Of a stretch of 64,000 nucleotides of DNA, positions 11,160 to 25,828 are shown in pieces (within the stretch, counting starts at the first letter, position 1; each line of letters starts with the position of its first letter). The stretch is from the NCBI GenBank assembly GCA_051362555.1, contig CM120644.1, positions 19,800,534-19,864,533 of the forward strand, read 5' to 3'. The position numbers and the translations under genes were made by a program. This DNA is from Lingula anatina. Its lineage: Eukaryota; Animalia; Brachiopoda. The notes under the pieces were generated by a model, which saw only the letters and a list, made by a program, of their open reading frames with translations, ran no database searches and was not told the DNA's origin.

Positions 11160-13151
11160 CAGGGTTCTCCCCAGGATTTGAAAATAGCCCTTATTTTTTT
11201 TTACGCGAGAGTACCGAAGCTCGCGAAGCGAGGCACAAAGGGGGGGGATGTGCCCTCCGGAGGAAAAACTTTCATTATTTCATGCAAAAAGGGTGCAATC
11301 CCATGCAATCTGAAGCTGTCATTAAATCGTTACGACATAGCCCACTTGCAGGACCAAATCAGGGCTAGACACTAACTTTTATGAGCACCTGTCCGAATTT
11401 CAATCCAACCTGTCCAACAAAACTAATATTTTTTCTATTCATACCATTGAACTTTGTAAATAAATATGTGTAGTCATACATTTAATGCATTTATTGCCAA
11501 GACATTAAATTAAATGAGCCGGAAAATGCATCTTAAAGTGGATTTATTTTCAGATGAAAAATTGTTTTTTCATACTTGTGAACTCCTGAAGATTTAATCT
11601 TGCATATAAGTCTGATTTAACATTATAAAGTTTCAATCAGGGCTTCTCCTAGGATTTTGGGTACAGGGTCTGCTAATTGTAAATCTGCAATTTGATAACA
11701 AATTCACATGAAGTTTAACCAAAGCAAAATATAAATACCCTGAGTGGCAGGTGGGGAGGGGGTTCTGTTAGATTAATTTTATTAAAATATTCAAAAGTTC
11801 AATGAAAAATTAAAGAATATTCATCTTATAATACTTTACTTATATTTATGTTAACAATTTAAATTTTTAGGGGTTATCTTGGGTTTGATTTTCTTAAATA
11901 TATGAGTTAAATAAAATCAGTATAAAAAAGTTCCCCTTTTTATTTAAATACTCATATTTGTTATTACTAATTTCTTCCTTACATCAATACCACACTGGTA
12001 TATGACAGCAATGTTAATTTATCATATTCCAGCACTAAATTTTTAACTGTAAATAATATAGGTGATGATAAAGTCATTAAAGAAAACATCATACAAAATT
12101 TCAGGTTATATTTTGGCAAATAAACAACATTCAACAATATCTTCAGTCCCAAAGATTTCACGTTCTGTAGTGAGTAGATAGCATACAACGTATTTGATTG
12201 ACAGGCAGTATGTTGCCTGGACAACGAACTAGATATAGCCAGTTCATCTAGTCCAATCTGGCTTTGTAACCAGCATAGTACTTGTGTTGTTTCTGTAACG
12301 GTCTTTCTCTCTAGAGCACGTAGATTTTTAACCAAATAAATATTCAGTAGTGAGCCTGTTATGTGAATAAATTTTGTCTGATGAAGTTCTGGAGGGTGTT
12401 CACTTTCATAACTTGGCGGTAAGTTTGCTCAGACTTCGTTTTGTGACTGCACGTGTTTTGTGCCAAAAGTAGGTCATTCTTCTCAGTACCGTGTAGGAGG
12501 AGACAAAAAGACGTTAGTATGCATTAAAAATGATTTTTTAAAAAGATTTTTGCTCCAAATTTCTCATAAACCATGACCTGTCTGTCGGACAGCCAACCCT
12601 GCAACTTCACCTGTCAGAGCTGAATTTTTACCTGTCCCGGACAGGCCCTAATGTATTAAATAGCGTTGCATCTTTTCTGACATTTTCTCTTACCGCATGG
12701 ATACATTTATTTATAAATGATCACGACTGCTACTATTCTTCAGTCAAAATAACATGAAGGATTGACTATTTATTATATTTCTCCAAAAATATAGATAAAG
12801 CAAACAAATCTCACAGAATTACATTGATGACGAAACTAATAAGCGGATGTTGATATTCGAAACTTGTCAGTACGCAGGTCCCGCGCCCTCAACATAAGAT
12901 GTTATAGGCCTACTTGTATTACTGCGCCAGGCAGAATAAAAATAAACAACTTAACGTGCACACAAGAGATCCAAGTACGCACACACTCGTTTTTATTTTA
13001 CGGTTTACGTCGCGACTGTCAGGAATAAAGGCATTAAAGGCATTGGTCACACACGGAGTTCAAAGAAGCGTATCGGCAAAAAAAGAAGCGTATCGGCAAA
13101 AAAAATAGCGTATCGGGGCCGATACGCTATAAAGGCCTGGGGAGAACCCTG
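11160..13151. mobile_element. Composite of hAT-type non-autonomous ends
   Basis: CAGGGTTCTCCCCAGG at 11160 has its exact reverse complement ending at 13151. Further CAGGG ends occur at 11360 and 11638, and subterminal AGCGTATCGG repeats at 13067-13130. No clean 8-bp TSD. Confidence 0.55.
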
Positions 13152-13309
13152 TAAAAATATATATGTAAGTACAAAAGAAGGTTTTACATATACTTTGTTA
13201 AATACAATTAGTCCTGAACAAAAACATGCATCAAAAAATAAAGAATAATTGTTGACGATGTATTTTTTTCTTCCAACACAATGTTTCAGGCACCAAACAA
13301 ATTTTGTAC

Positions 13310-13830
13310 ACATCAGTCACAGCTGAGTTGTCCATTGTATTGTTTGCAGTTCCTTATCAAAGCCCGTGCAGGGCTGTCTGTGCAACAGATGAATGGAAAT
13401 ACGTTGAACCCCTTGAAAACTGAATGTATGTTCTTCTAGTTGTGTGCATTCATCGATGAAAAGTTTTAAAAATCTATTCATATTGTTGGGCTTGCTATGT
13501 CCAAACGAGACCAATTAAAAGAACACTATCAGAGGGAAGATATGGAAGAAGTTCATTTACGAAACACTGCCCTGGCCAAATTTTTCTGATTAAACTTTTA
13601 GAGACATGAAGTTATTATATCTGAAATGGCATTGGCAGCCAGCAGTGTCTCTACATTGCAGTTTTGTAGATGGTGAATCAGTTTGTCATTTTGTAAAATA
13701 TCCAACAACTGTTCCTTTGTGGGAATATATATAGGAAGAATGTCCCATCCTTGATTGCTTGCTCCCAATCAAATGATGCTTTACATGATTCACAGAACTG
13801 CCTTGCCTGTTCTCTGCCTGAGTAGGAAGG
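13310..13830 (-). pseudogene. EnSpm/CACTA(CMC)-like transposase fragment
   Basis: FGHSKPNNMNRFLKLFIDEC..L followed, after a frameshift, by ICCTDSPARALIRNCKQYNGQLSCD*C. Confidence 0.7.
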
Positions 13831-16800
13831 GCATGATGGCCATAAAAGTAGACCTAAAAATCAGTTAATATCAATTGTTTTATTCATCTTTGTTAATAGG
13901 TATGGGTAACATGGGCAAATTTTGACTAGGGAGTCAGATTTTCATTATGAAAATCTGACTGAGGAGACACCTTTTTGGGGAGTTACATTTTCATTGTACA
14001 TTTGCATACTTCCTATCAGCTGCACATTGCAAATTGTTTTAAATTCCATGAAGTGAATAATTAAAAAAACTCAAGCCTTAACAGATAAAATCACCAAATA
14101 TTGTACCAAATATCTTTTGGCATACTAAATCAAAATGTATAAAGTTATAATGGCTTGATCTTTGGAGAATTTACCCATTTGACAAAAAAAAAAAAAGAAA
14201 AAAATCAAAGATGGATGCCGATTGATGGTTATATTATTTTTAAGTATCTGCTAAAAAGGGTTTTTTTATTTTTGACTAATGGAATTCTAGGATTTTTCTG
14301 GGTCTTAAGGTGGCCCAGGATCCCTGCTGATTGAGTGTTTTGTTGCATAATGAAGTTTCTGATATTAAAAAATTTAAATATGGCTGCCTTGCCCAACTTG
14401 CCCACCTGTATGGCAACTCTGTGGTGATCAATGGGCATACAGGAATTATCTCTGAACACCCAGCTCAGCATGGCATGGCTTGTTGGCCTCTTCACTGTAC
14501 ATTGCAATCAGGCACAACAAAACAGTAACCTGATTTGACAGCACTGAAGTCAAAAAGACCTACTTGGATTATGGCCAGTTGCAATTTTACGTCTTCAATC
14601 TTTCAAAAGAGATTGTTTCTGTTTTATCTCTTAGGTGGGTGGGGGGAGGGAGACATTTCACTTTCTTTTTTTAATATCTTTTTTCCTTTCTTCTCACTTG
14701 TACACTCTTTCAGGGAAGACATGCTGTATACTACATATTTTGTTCAGTTGCCTATCCAAATAAGGTAGGAAAATGTTGCCAGCAAAATCATCCAATGTGT
14801 TGCCACTGGCAGGAAGACTGTGGACAATGGTTGCACCATGTAGCACCTCACAGTCAATATGTTGATGGCTGATCTGGCTGTTTTCTTCTTAGGATTGATC
14901 TTTCTAATGGCTTTTCTGAAGATAGCTCAGGAATTCTTCTTGGTAGAAGTATAAATGGACACTGTGCGTCCATAGAAAAGACTATTTAAAGAAACTGCTG
15001 GTGTTGTTTCTAACATGTCCATATGAAAATGCTTGGTTCTCAGTCAAATATAAAGTTTGACCTGTACTTATCTTTTTACCATGTTGTTTTCCTGCTCATG
15101 AGCCTGATTGAATGGGATGGCTGAAAACAATTGGCTGTTTTAGAAAATACCCAGTTTGAGGCATTTTCCAGTCCTGCACAGCAGAGACTTAAGGACAGAC
15201 ACCTACATGGGCAAATTAAGGCAAAGAAAAAGTGCTGTTGATCCAATTCTTCAACATGAAACGAAAAAACTTTCTCCTTATGGGCTCTGCTACACATTAG
15301 AATAAGGTTTCAATATTTCATGATCTGATCCTAGAACATAAATGTTGGCCAGATTCTTATGTAGCCCAAGCCTTTTCTCCAAGTGTGAACCTCTATTGAG
15401 CTGAGAGATTGCACAGGGTTAAATGCAAGTACACTTGTTCTGAGCCAATGTGAGGCCTTCATAGAAAACAAAGAGGTCTGTCCAGTCTTCTAAGAGATGG
15501 CACCGAGTTTTTTTTGGATTGAAATTTCTGTCCAATCTTCTTACCGCCCCTCCCCCAGTATTAAAATGCCTCCCTTCACCGTAAGACTTTGTTCATTAAT
15601 TACTATAATTGCACTCACTGTAATCTGGCAAATAGTGACTGATCAAATATGGTTACTGGAATTTGGCCTGGATTCAGATATTCAACTGTTTGGCCAAAAA
15701 CATCCATGTCATGCTTAATTTGATTGCCTTTATTGTGGATTCTAAAACCATCAGATAATTGATTTTGACCTTATTTGTAATATTGTCATATTTACAAGCA
15801 GAATATAATTGAAAATGTGCATGTGTCATGAAAAAACACTGCAGCAGTAAAACAGGTAACAAAAATAAGTAAATGAATAGCTCCCATAGTTATTAGTTAA
15901 TAAAGTAGGTTTGTTTCGAAAATCAGCATGATTGGAAAATTTTTACATAAGTGTATGCCCCAAAAAGTACAAAGCTATTTTTTTTAAACTTATAATTTGC
16001 TGGCTGGCTATATGTTGATAAGGCAGCTTCATATTGATGATTGAATTATTTTATATGAAAATTCCAATTTCTTTATTGTCTTTCAGACATAATGTTTTTG
16101 CCAGGGATCCACCGAATTCTGCATTTTTTACTTGACCTCCTAGCATCTAAATAAAAAAGTTTTTTTTGAAATTATTGTGGTAGAAACATTGCATTGTATA
16201 GTTCACCTGACATGGCGCATCACACACTGCAATTTCCCGCTCTTCAAACCCACGTGACCAAGACGCAACACACCAAGCTTCAGGCACATATTACAACACT
16301 GTGTACAATCACTATAAAGTATATAGGGTAGACAATTGCCAAAGACACCAAAAGTAAGTTTCTTTATGAAGAAGTATCTGAGAAATGTATATTTTTGTAG
16401 AATTCCATAAATTGGTGACCAACTTGAACGATTTTCCCAAATGGGGTTATTCTCCAGAGGGTTAGGAGGCCAGTATGATTTAGTATGTCAAAAGGTATCT
16501 ATATATGTACACCTGCAAAATTTTGTTTTTATCCAGCTAGCTGCCAATTATAGATGATGCCCTTAAAATCTATTATATACTTAGATTGTGACTGGTTGTG
16601 ATTGCATTGTGTCCAGCATGCACCACTGTCACAATCTATGAAAGCAGGGCAAATTGTCTCTTATTCATTTCAGTACTGTTTACAAATATTAGTAATATAT
16701 GAAGATTAATTGAAAGTGTAAAGTAACCATAGAATTATGAAGTCAATAATGTTGTTTTTTATCTATCAAAGGGACCAGTAAGTGATCACCTACCAGTATA

Positions 16801-18105
16801 AATTCATGGTAATTTCTACTAAAATATACAATACTTCTTAGTACTTCTTTACAAGTATCTTCTTGTTTCTTAACATTTTGTCAAATTTACCCATTTGAAT
16901 CTAAGTTTTCTGTGGAACCAGCTATATTGTTCTGTTATACTGTTAAGATAATATGGAAATGCAGTCATCCTTCTAGATTTTAAAGTCATTAAAAAATACT
17001 TTATAAACTGTCCTTTGAGAAGTAATTGGTCCATCAATTCTGCAGGTATGTTAAGTTGGGATGTTGTCTATGTCCCAGATATTATAATGGACTTGGAGAT
17101 CTTCCATCTTTTAAAGCACCTTTGGTTTCTTTTAGCCACACAGTGTAAACAGACAGTGTAATAATCAGTATTACAATGTCCCTTTTAGACCTTTGCTTTG
17201 TTAATATTCTTATGCTGGCTTATATTTGGCTTTCTGCCATTCTTTTCTGAAATATGCTTGCTCATTCCAAGCGCTAGGTTGTTTTCTTGATTTTTTTTTT
17301 TTTTTGTACAAAATTGGAGCAATTTTGCATGAGCAGTCAGTTTTCTGGAAAGAACAGTCTGTTACTTGTATGAACTATTTACTTGGACTAGTTCTTGTGC
17401 CATTTCTGCTAACCAAATTCATAATCTTGGCAGATGTTGGGAAATCTGACATAACATTGGAGGCTACTTTGCCTGGTGTTTCAAATATGCCTCCAATGAG
17501 GTGCAGGTTGTCAAGGTCCCTAAATGTTATCAATAACACAAACACTTTCCCTAAGTGCAACCTCTACCTGCACTAACAACAAAAGTGTTTTAATTAGCTT
17601 TAGTAGATCATTAATTGATTTTATTTTATTAAACTATTTAATGGCAGATAACATTAATTTCATTTTTGTGTTATCATGCTAACAACAACACATTTTAATT
17701 AGCATGAATTGAGCATGAATTGAATTTTATTAAATGGTAGATATCATTAAAGAATTCTGGTCACATTTAAATCCATTTCTCGAATTTTATAAATTCAGCA
17801 ATCAATCTGTACACATTAGATATGTTTGCATCAACACCCACCTTTTAAAAAAGTATAAAAACCTTCTGTTAGTAGAAAAAAAACATTTAAGGAAACTTCA
17901 CCTCAATATGCAAAAATGAAGCAACAGATCTGGGTCACATGATACTGTGACTACATAGAAGATAAAGGAGAAGGGCCGGATGATTCAAAATTCCAGGATC
18001 AAGGAATTGCCAAATAATAACTATGAAGTGCGGAAACAAGTTTTTGATACATATATATAATTTAACAGAAAACAAATGATAACCATGTCAGTACAATATA
18101 AGTAA

Positions 18106-18432
18106 TTACACACTATGTTGAGCCCTGAAAATGAATGCACAAATTGTTATCTGAATATTAGGATTGTAATCAATGATAGTGTGGGTCATACGAAGGACAG
18201 CAGAAACAATGGAAGCTGGTGAGGTTACTGCTGGGCTGATATCATTTTCTCCCAGTTGACAAAAAACTACATCAAAGTTGGTCAGAAGAGGCAAAAAATT
18301 GGGATCATACAAGAAACTAGTGAGCATTGCTCCCCCTGAGCAATAAAAGTTCGTCGTGAGGCCATCAACACTAACATTGTCTGGTAGGGATGGCTCCTGG
18401 TGTAAACACTTTAAAAAGCTGTGCCCCATGAG
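18106..18432 (-). pseudogene. SGNH/GDSL hydrolase fragment of the type carried by Ngaro/DIRS-like or LINE retroelements
   Basis: Block I GHSF, block II SGGA and block III QLGENDI are present; the C-terminal DxxH block is missing. Confidence 0.7.
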
Positions 18433-19619
18433 TAGAGTCGGTCATGAACTGGTGCCTATAAAGACGTCTGAGTTATCATGGTCTTGCATACTTGTGCAAT
18501 TGCATACTGTGTGCTCCTCGGATGGAAATGTCCCTCTATTTTATATACAACACAGGAGGGAATAACCATTCTCTTTTTCCTTCCTAAATTATGGTGGATC
18601 TACCTTGTAAAGGAGTGATAAGCTATGTAACTAAATAACCTGGAACAAATGTTCGTAAGAAAATTTTAGCGAGGAATGTATGAAGATAAAAATGCCACAG
18701 CCACAAAACAGACTGTGTGGTAATTGTAATTTAATTTTTGTTTATTTATTTATTTTTTATTTATTTATTTTTTTTACATTTAATTTTTTTTAGTACAAAA
18801 GGAAATGCACTTATAATATATACTTAGAATAATGAAAAACAGTGCTTGTTCATATTTATCATTATATCTGACTTGGTAATTTATTTCAATAATATGGACA
18901 TTACGTAAAAACGACCTAGAATAAAAGTAAAAAAGTTACTTGTTGATGGGCACATTGTCATCAGTTGGTCCTTCCTGTTCCACATTCTGGTACATATTCA
19001 CTTCAATCACGTCTCTGTTAAGACACACACTGGAGAAGGTAGCCATGTGCAATGCGTGGTGCAATTTTCATTTTCTAGTCTTTCTTCTATGGGGCTCAGC
19101 TCATGACAACATATGCATTCTAGTCCATCAGACATTGGATGACATGAACAACACAAACACCTGGAATATATTTTTGAATAGTAAAGAGAGATAAATGTCT
19201 ACCACTTCAACTGAGCTTCATTGTCTACCTGTGAGATGACTTTTCAAACTCCTGATAACAGTACATACACATTCAAATCTCTTACCCGAGGAATCTAAAA
19301 CCTCTTTAAGCCGTGTGAAGCCATTTTCCTGTTTATTCAATTCTTTAACCTGCTTGGCTCTCTACTCTGGTGGCCTTATGTCATCATCAGACAACTTGAC
19401 CACATAGCTCATTAACTCCCCGACTGAGCAAAAAGGACATTTTTTAAAGCCCAATTTTTACAAAATGAGCTTTTAATTTGTGTATTTTGCATAAAGATAC
19501 GTATCATTAGCAGGACATGTTTTCTGAAGAATGTGATTTGTTCAAGCCATTCTGACGGTCTGGCGTGAAACCTTTAATTTCAATTTTGTATAACCTATTT
19601 GTGTATAAATAACTCATAG

Positions 19620-19940
19620 TCCTTACCGTTCAATCACCACTGGCATGACTTTCCTCAGGTGGCCAAGGTATTTCTTACATTTCTCGTTGTCCACAGTTCT
19701 CCAAAAGTCTCTTAGACTGCAGCCAACTCTTCTTTTCTTTTGTGTTTGGTGTTTCCTCAGGTGATGCTTCATCTCAGCCCAGAGCAGTTCAGTTGGGGCT
19801 TTCAGGGGGGTCTTCGTCCAGTTGACACCATTTTCTTCCAAAAATATTCTTTGGTCAAGTGGCTTGTGTGGGTTTTGGTGTTGTCTTGAAAAAAGCGATG
19901 ACCTTCAGGGAGAGTTTCACTTAGGAATGGAAGAAGGAAG
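19620..19940 (-). pseudogene. Tc1-like transposase C-terminal relic
   Basis: HRFFQDN..., GVNWTKTP and ELLWAEMKHHLRK...CKKYLGHLRKVMP. Related to the copy at 41916-43206. Confidence 0.75.
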
Positions 19941-20329
19941 AAGGAAGCCACCCACTATAGGATCCTATAAGATTTCCTAAGATTTCCTAAGGTCAAGGAC
20001 GTTTCAGAGCACTGACGGTGCGCGCGAGCCATCTGGTGTTAAGTCTGCGAATGACCGTTTGCGGTAACTGATTGAGTTGGGGTAACTGACTTTTGAATCG
20101 TTTATTGATTGTTAGATTATGACGAATGATTAAAATGACCAAAACTAATTTAGTAGAATTAAGTTTAGATAGTTAAAGTAGGTTTTCGCTGTTAAATAGT
20201 GCCGATAGATTGTTGAATTGAGGTCTGCATTTTTTGCGTGAATGGCGTTTAATACCGATGCATCAGGGCACTCTACATTTGTCAGAAACAATTTACTTGG
20301 CTTCAATTCAGAGGAAATTATTTGCGCAT

Positions 20330-20966
20330 AAATAACTTATCTTATGTTGTTTGCGATGTCTGTGCTTTCATCAGCAAGTGCTTTAACTACTGGTGATTCC
20401 CTGAGAGACTCCGTTATTTTTCTATCTACAACATTTGAAAGACTGTCTAAAAATCCGGAGTAATTCGTTGCTGAGTCATACATGATGTTGGACTGTTTCA
20501 GAAGTGATATTGCTTTGAGATCATCCAGGGTTAATTCATGAAAGAAATTGTCAATGACTTAAGCCTTGTATTTTAGGGGTATGTCTTCTGTCGCCAACCA
20601 ATGGACGCATTTCAGAAGCACAGTCATAGCAGTGTCCAATTTTGAAGATCGTTTCCCTTCAACTGCCTTTCTGTCAGCTTGGAGAAGGGATGCTTCAATA
20701 AGCATCTTGTGTTCCGGCAGATTTGCGTGCCTTGTCAGGGTTGAATTTTGGAAATTTGTATTCCCCAATTTGCACAAGTTGCAAAACATATAGCTGGCCA
20801 ACTTGTCCTCTGAAAAACACAACCAGCTGTATTTTTGTAGCCAGGAGTGATTAAAATTTTGCTTCAGTTTACTTGCGCCTTGTGTTTCAGACTGAGAGCT
20901 AGGTTTCGTCGTGAGATACACTGATATTCCCGTTCTCAAACAATAATGTTCCTTGTTTTGGATCAT
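20330..20966 (-). pseudogene. ZNF862-like hAT transposase N-terminal fragment (TTF-type zinc finger)
   Basis: FNHSWLQKYSWL...MFCNLCK...TNFQNSTLTRHANLPEH, then after a frameshift SLRESP..ALADESTDIA. Confidence 0.75.
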
Positions 20967-21329
20967 ATTTAAGTCTTTTGGCCGCCATATGTTCTCATTC
21001 TTGTTCTGGCGTGCTGGAGGCTGGGAGCATATGTTATACGTTCTGTTCTAAAGAGCTCTCAAATGTACTTTTGTTTTTCATTGACGAAGCTTATGATTGG
21101 TTCACGTAAACTAACTTAGACCAATCAAATGTAACGAAACAAAAGCAAGAAAAACACAACAACAAACAGAAATATTTTAGGCCTAGGTTTTTAATCGGCA
21201 AGATTACAACACTTTTGAAAGTAATTAGTTGTGGCTGTCATACATTAGGCTCAAATGACACAATAGATCATATTTTTTGCATCATTTTTAGGATTTATAC
21301 GTATTTTACACTTGACACAAACATAAATA

Positions 21330-21760
21330 AAACACTGAAGTTGCTAGCTTCTTTTCTTTAAGTTGCTCTTCATTGACCTGCATTTCTAATGACTTGAGTT
21401 CCTGGTTCAGTGATCCCAGTTTACAAAGCCCACCAGCACACTGCTGCTTTTACTGTAGATAAGGTCAGATTTAATTTTAATTTCATCGAACAGAAGAGAA
21501 ACATTCTTCTGATGTTCTGCAAGCTCTGAAAACTTGACAGCAGTAAGATGTCATTTTAAACTACTTGGACTCACACCACTAGAGATTGTGCCTAAATTCT
21601 CATAATCAAACAAAGTTCTACAAGTGGGAAGTTTCATAAAACCACTTTGTGAAATGAATTCATATGCAGTAGATGACATGGCCCCCAGATTCATGCACCA
21701 TTTCATCATGGTTAAATGCCACCTCATTTGTTTTGCACTTTTCTTTTGGGTTGCCTGCAG
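21330..21760 (-). pseudogene. P-element/THAP9-like transposase, downstream part (continues 26397-27100)
   Basis: MRWHLTMMKWCMNL..MSSTAYEFISQSGFMKLPTCRTLFDY, then VSLLFDEIKIKSDLIY..SS..LVGFV (P-element first catalytic Asp motif). Contains an internal stop. Confidence 0.8.
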
Positions 21761-21766
21761 GGGTGC

Positions 21767-21948
21767 GCTTCGCTATGCCGAAGGTTCGCTGTGCCGAGGG
21801 TTCGCTATGCCGAAGGTTCGCTGTGCCGAGGGTTCGCTATGCCGAAGGTTCGCTGAGCCGAAGGTTCGCTATGCCGAGGGTTCGCTATGCCGATTGTTTT
21901 TATTTTGTGCCGAAAGGTTCGCTGCGTCGACGGCTCGCTATGCCGAAG
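21767..21948. repeat. 16-bp tandem repeat GGTTCGCTRTGCCGAR
   Basis: Direct observation; inverted copies at about 22943-22968 and 26236-26388. Confidence 0.9.
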
Positions 21949-23197
21949 CCATCGTAGAGTTAGATAGCCCATACTTTGAAGAAAATATTTTGAAAAAAAA
22001 TACCTTTTTTTCCCGGGAAATTTTCACAAAATCTTGAGACAGATCTCACGATTTTGCACCCGTCGGAGGCGCTCTCCGGACGCCTGCGGGTTGTCGCAGA
22101 TTTTTTAGACATCGCCACACCCGTCGCGGTCCCCAACTTTGAACTTAAAATTTTAAGATTGCTCGCAAGATTTTTCACCCAGTTTGGGCATCCCAGACAC
22201 AATCTCCGATGACCTACGATGCCCTCCGATTAATCGGAGGCGTCCTCCGAATATATACCCATATATAACCACATATACCCAGGGGAAAAAAAATTACGAG
22301 AAAAGACGCTCGCAGAAATCGTCTCCGATCGCCTCCGATGCAATCGGAGGCTAATCCCACGATTTTTCGACAAAACCGGGTCAAAATCCTTGAAAAAATC
22401 TCTGTGACAATGTGACTGCTCCACTTTTATTAGGATTATTGCTAGGATTGTTCAAGGATTCTTTATTTTCTACGACGACCCCCGGCCAAAACTAATCAAA
22501 TATAAAACTATATGTCATTAAATAAATAATAAATAGTAATTAAATAGATAACAACAAAAATACGAAGCTAAAATAACTGCATGTGACAATAACGACTACT
22601 AAAAGTATAATGATAATAAATAAAAAGATGTTAATTTTACACACACCCAATAACTACAAGTTCGCCAAAAATAATTAGAGAATGTTTTCTTTCAGTAATT
22701 TCCTAAAGTGGGTGACGCCCATAGTGCCAAAAATAATTAATAAATTAACTTACAGAACTGATTATTTAAAGCGATTTAAGATGTTTATGTCCATTAGGAT
22801 TAACTTTCAATGCGCAGTTTTAACAAATTCAAATGGTACGGATGGAAGAAGAGAACTTTTTAAACTCGTTTATTTTAAAAAAAAGGCCACTGCTCGTCAC
22901 GTTATATAACAAGCACAATGGGTGATGGGTAGCCGACTTTTTCGGCGCAGCGAACCCTCGGCACAGCCAAGAAGTTATAAAGAGAAGGAGTAGAAACAAG
23001 GGGTTTCCTTTCATCCTATCCTCGTAACGGGCTTAATCCTAATAATAGAGAGTTTCCGTTGCCGGTGAGATACGCCGGCCAGATTGTTACGTATGTTACG
23101 TATGTGCAAAGGTATCGAGTAACGCGCTACTCTTTTCACGTTCCGGTAAAGTCCCGGAATGCTGGCGCTTCCCGCCATAGGTGGCGCTCATTTCAAT

Positions 23198-24057
23198 ATG
23201 GCGGCAGCCGCGGAGTATCAGCATGTTATGCTTTCAGCGATGGAAAATGATGATGATGAGATGCTTTTAATGCTTTTACAAGACCAAGAAAGAACAGGAC
23301 ATGTAACTTATGATCCCGAATGGCCAAGGTAATTTTTGCTGTCACAGAAATCGTATAAAATTCTTGGTACAATTATTTTTTTTACCAATAGGAGTTTCGT
23401 ACATAACAGTGAAAACATACAGTAACTTCAGAACTGCGGATGGACTTCTGTTGTCGATTGACGATACGTAGTAACTTATACTGGCGATAAACGAACGATG
23501 TTATACATCTATGAACTAATGATGTAATTATTTAGATATAATTGGTGGCAATTGCATAGGATGTGAGAACATGTAGGCCTAGTTTGAAGTTCCGTTTTAA
23601 TTCCTGCAAATCTGGCACTTTACCCGAATTTTGTTCTTATTCCAGGTTTGATTTGGAGACCTTGACAGATGACCAGTGTAGAGAATATTTTAGGTTTTAT
23701 AAAGATGACATCAAGAGGCTGGTCAGGGTTCTACACATTCCCAATAAAATAATATGTGAAAATGATGCCTTTGCTAGTGGCACAGATGCCTTTTGCATTC
23801 TTTTAAGGAGAATGGTTTATCCAAATAGACTGGCAGATTTGGAGCCAATGTTTGGAAGACCCAAGTCCACACTGTCCATGATTTCGAAAGAAATGTTGAA
23901 CTTTATTTTACAAGAACATGGGCATCTTTTGGAAAATTTTGACCAGCCATGGTTGGATCAGGCCCATTTGCAGACGTATGCAGATGTTATCCATGCTAAA
24001 GGGGCACCACTAAGGAATTGCATTGGATTCATAGATGGGACTGTGCGTCCCATATCC
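23198..24057 (+). pseudogene. PIF/Harbinger (HARBI1-like) transposase, 5' part, two exons, 3'-truncated
   Basis: Exon 23198-23328 (MAAAAEYQ..WP), GT-AG intron 23329-23645, then an exon with RFDL..LTDDQCREYFRF, LLRRMVYPNRLADL and GAPLRNCIGFIDGTVRPI. Confidence 0.85.
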
Positions 24058-25251
24058 CAGCTTGTGGTCTTAGGGAGAGCTTTTGCCTAATACATATTCA
24101 AAAGACCGTTCACGTGGGTTGCTTCAGCCAATTGGGATAAAGCCTCGCGAAGTCTCTAATAATCTCACAGAGAAAACATGGTGGGATTACAGAAGGGTGT
24201 AGAGAGAGATTTCAAGCCTGGACGCAACCATTTTGGGAAATAAAACTCAAATCATGCGAGATACACCTTCATTTGATCTAGAGCCGATCAGTTATACAAA
24301 AATTAGTTTCACATCAAGAATGTATGAGAACAATTTCACAAACCCACCTTCAACGCTAAAATTTGCACCTGTAGAAGTCTCACATTTATTTTAAATTCTT
24401 TTTGTCGTGTAAAGGAAATTTACCTTCATCTAGGAATGACACATTCAATTCAGAGCCGTGTACACAAAACAGTAGTACTTGCAATTTCCGTATGCCAGCC
24501 TCGTTTCTTTCTTTTTTGGCACATTATTGCTTATATACCAGGTAGAGCTTAAACAGGAAAATTGGGGAAATGAAAATAAGTTATTGCACTTAATATGAAT
24601 CTAAATAACATACATATTTTTGTTTATATCTTTGTCTATTACATGAGGCCAACTAATATTAGACTGATAGTTTAAATTCATTAGAAGAAAAAATCATAGA
24701 AATATTTTTATTGATTGATATTGCTTTATTTCAACATTCGAGCAACTTGTATAATATCTAAAACAAAGTACCAGCAATGAAAATATGTCAATATTGTTAC
24801 ACCCAACAGTGATTAAAGCAATACAAAAATGGTTAGTTTTTATTTTGATGTGGTGATTATTTTATTTTATACTTTAGACAATTAGCCAGTGAACACTAAA
24901 TTTCCTTTTAAAACTTGGACCACTAAATTTCCTTTTAAAACTTGCACCTCTTGTGCACTATAGTTTAATATTAGTGGCGGTAAGAAAACAGAGCCTTGTG
25001 CCTCATCAAGTTGCTGCTGGAAACAATCATTTTGGCTGTTTAATTATGGCTGTTTAAACATTTTGGCTGTTTAAACATGTACAGCTGCCAGCAAAACTAA
25101 AGATCTTTCACCTGCATTCTCTTCAACCTGAAATGAGTAAGTGCGGAATTCATTACAAAATATAACTCTACATCATAAACGAAACTCTGCAAACATCATA
25201 TTGCAATAAAAAATTGAAAAAAATTCCGAGAGTTCCCTGTCATCAAATTTT

Positions 25252-25828
25252 GGACCCACCATTTTGAAAAAGTCCCATGAAAAGTTGTTTATTTGAAACG
25301 ATGTTTTTCATCTGAAGGATTGATTCATTTAATATCACAATGTTATATTGTAATGGTGCACGTGCTTAACTAACCAGAAAAACATAAATTATGTGCTTAC
25401 ACCACGTTAAAATTACCAAAAATTGTCCCAAACTGTCACCCAACTGTCTCTAACCAATTAAGGGACCCGCCATTTTGAAAAAGTCCGATGAAAAGTTGTC
25501 TATTTGAAACGATGTTTTTCATCTAAAGGATTGATTCATTTAATACCAGAGTGATGTATTGTAATGATGCATGTGCTTAACTAACCAGAAAAACATAAAT
25601 TAAGTGCTTACACCACGTTAAAATTACCAAAAATTGTCCCAAACTGTCACCCAACTGTCTCTTACCAATTTAGGGACCCGCCATTTTGAAAAAGTCCGAT
25701 GAAAAGTTGTCTATTTGAAACGATGTTTTTCATCTAAAGGATTGATTCATTTAATACCAAAGTGATGTATTGTAATGATGCATGTGCTTAACTAGCCAGA
25801 AAAGCATAAATTATGTGCATACATCACG
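25252..25828. repeat. Tandem repeat, 211-bp unit, about 2.7 copies
   Basis: GGACCC.CCATTTTGAAAAAGTCC at 25252, 25463 and 25674. Confidence 0.9.

Noticed and set aside
14300-15700. Possible degraded HECT/G2E3-like coding remnants
   Set aside because: Only a weak LP..TC..L resemblance; too degraded to support.
21624-22037. ORFs with repeated CAEGSLCR motifs (also 26225-26536)
   Set aside because: Translation artefacts of the 16-bp subterminal repeat.
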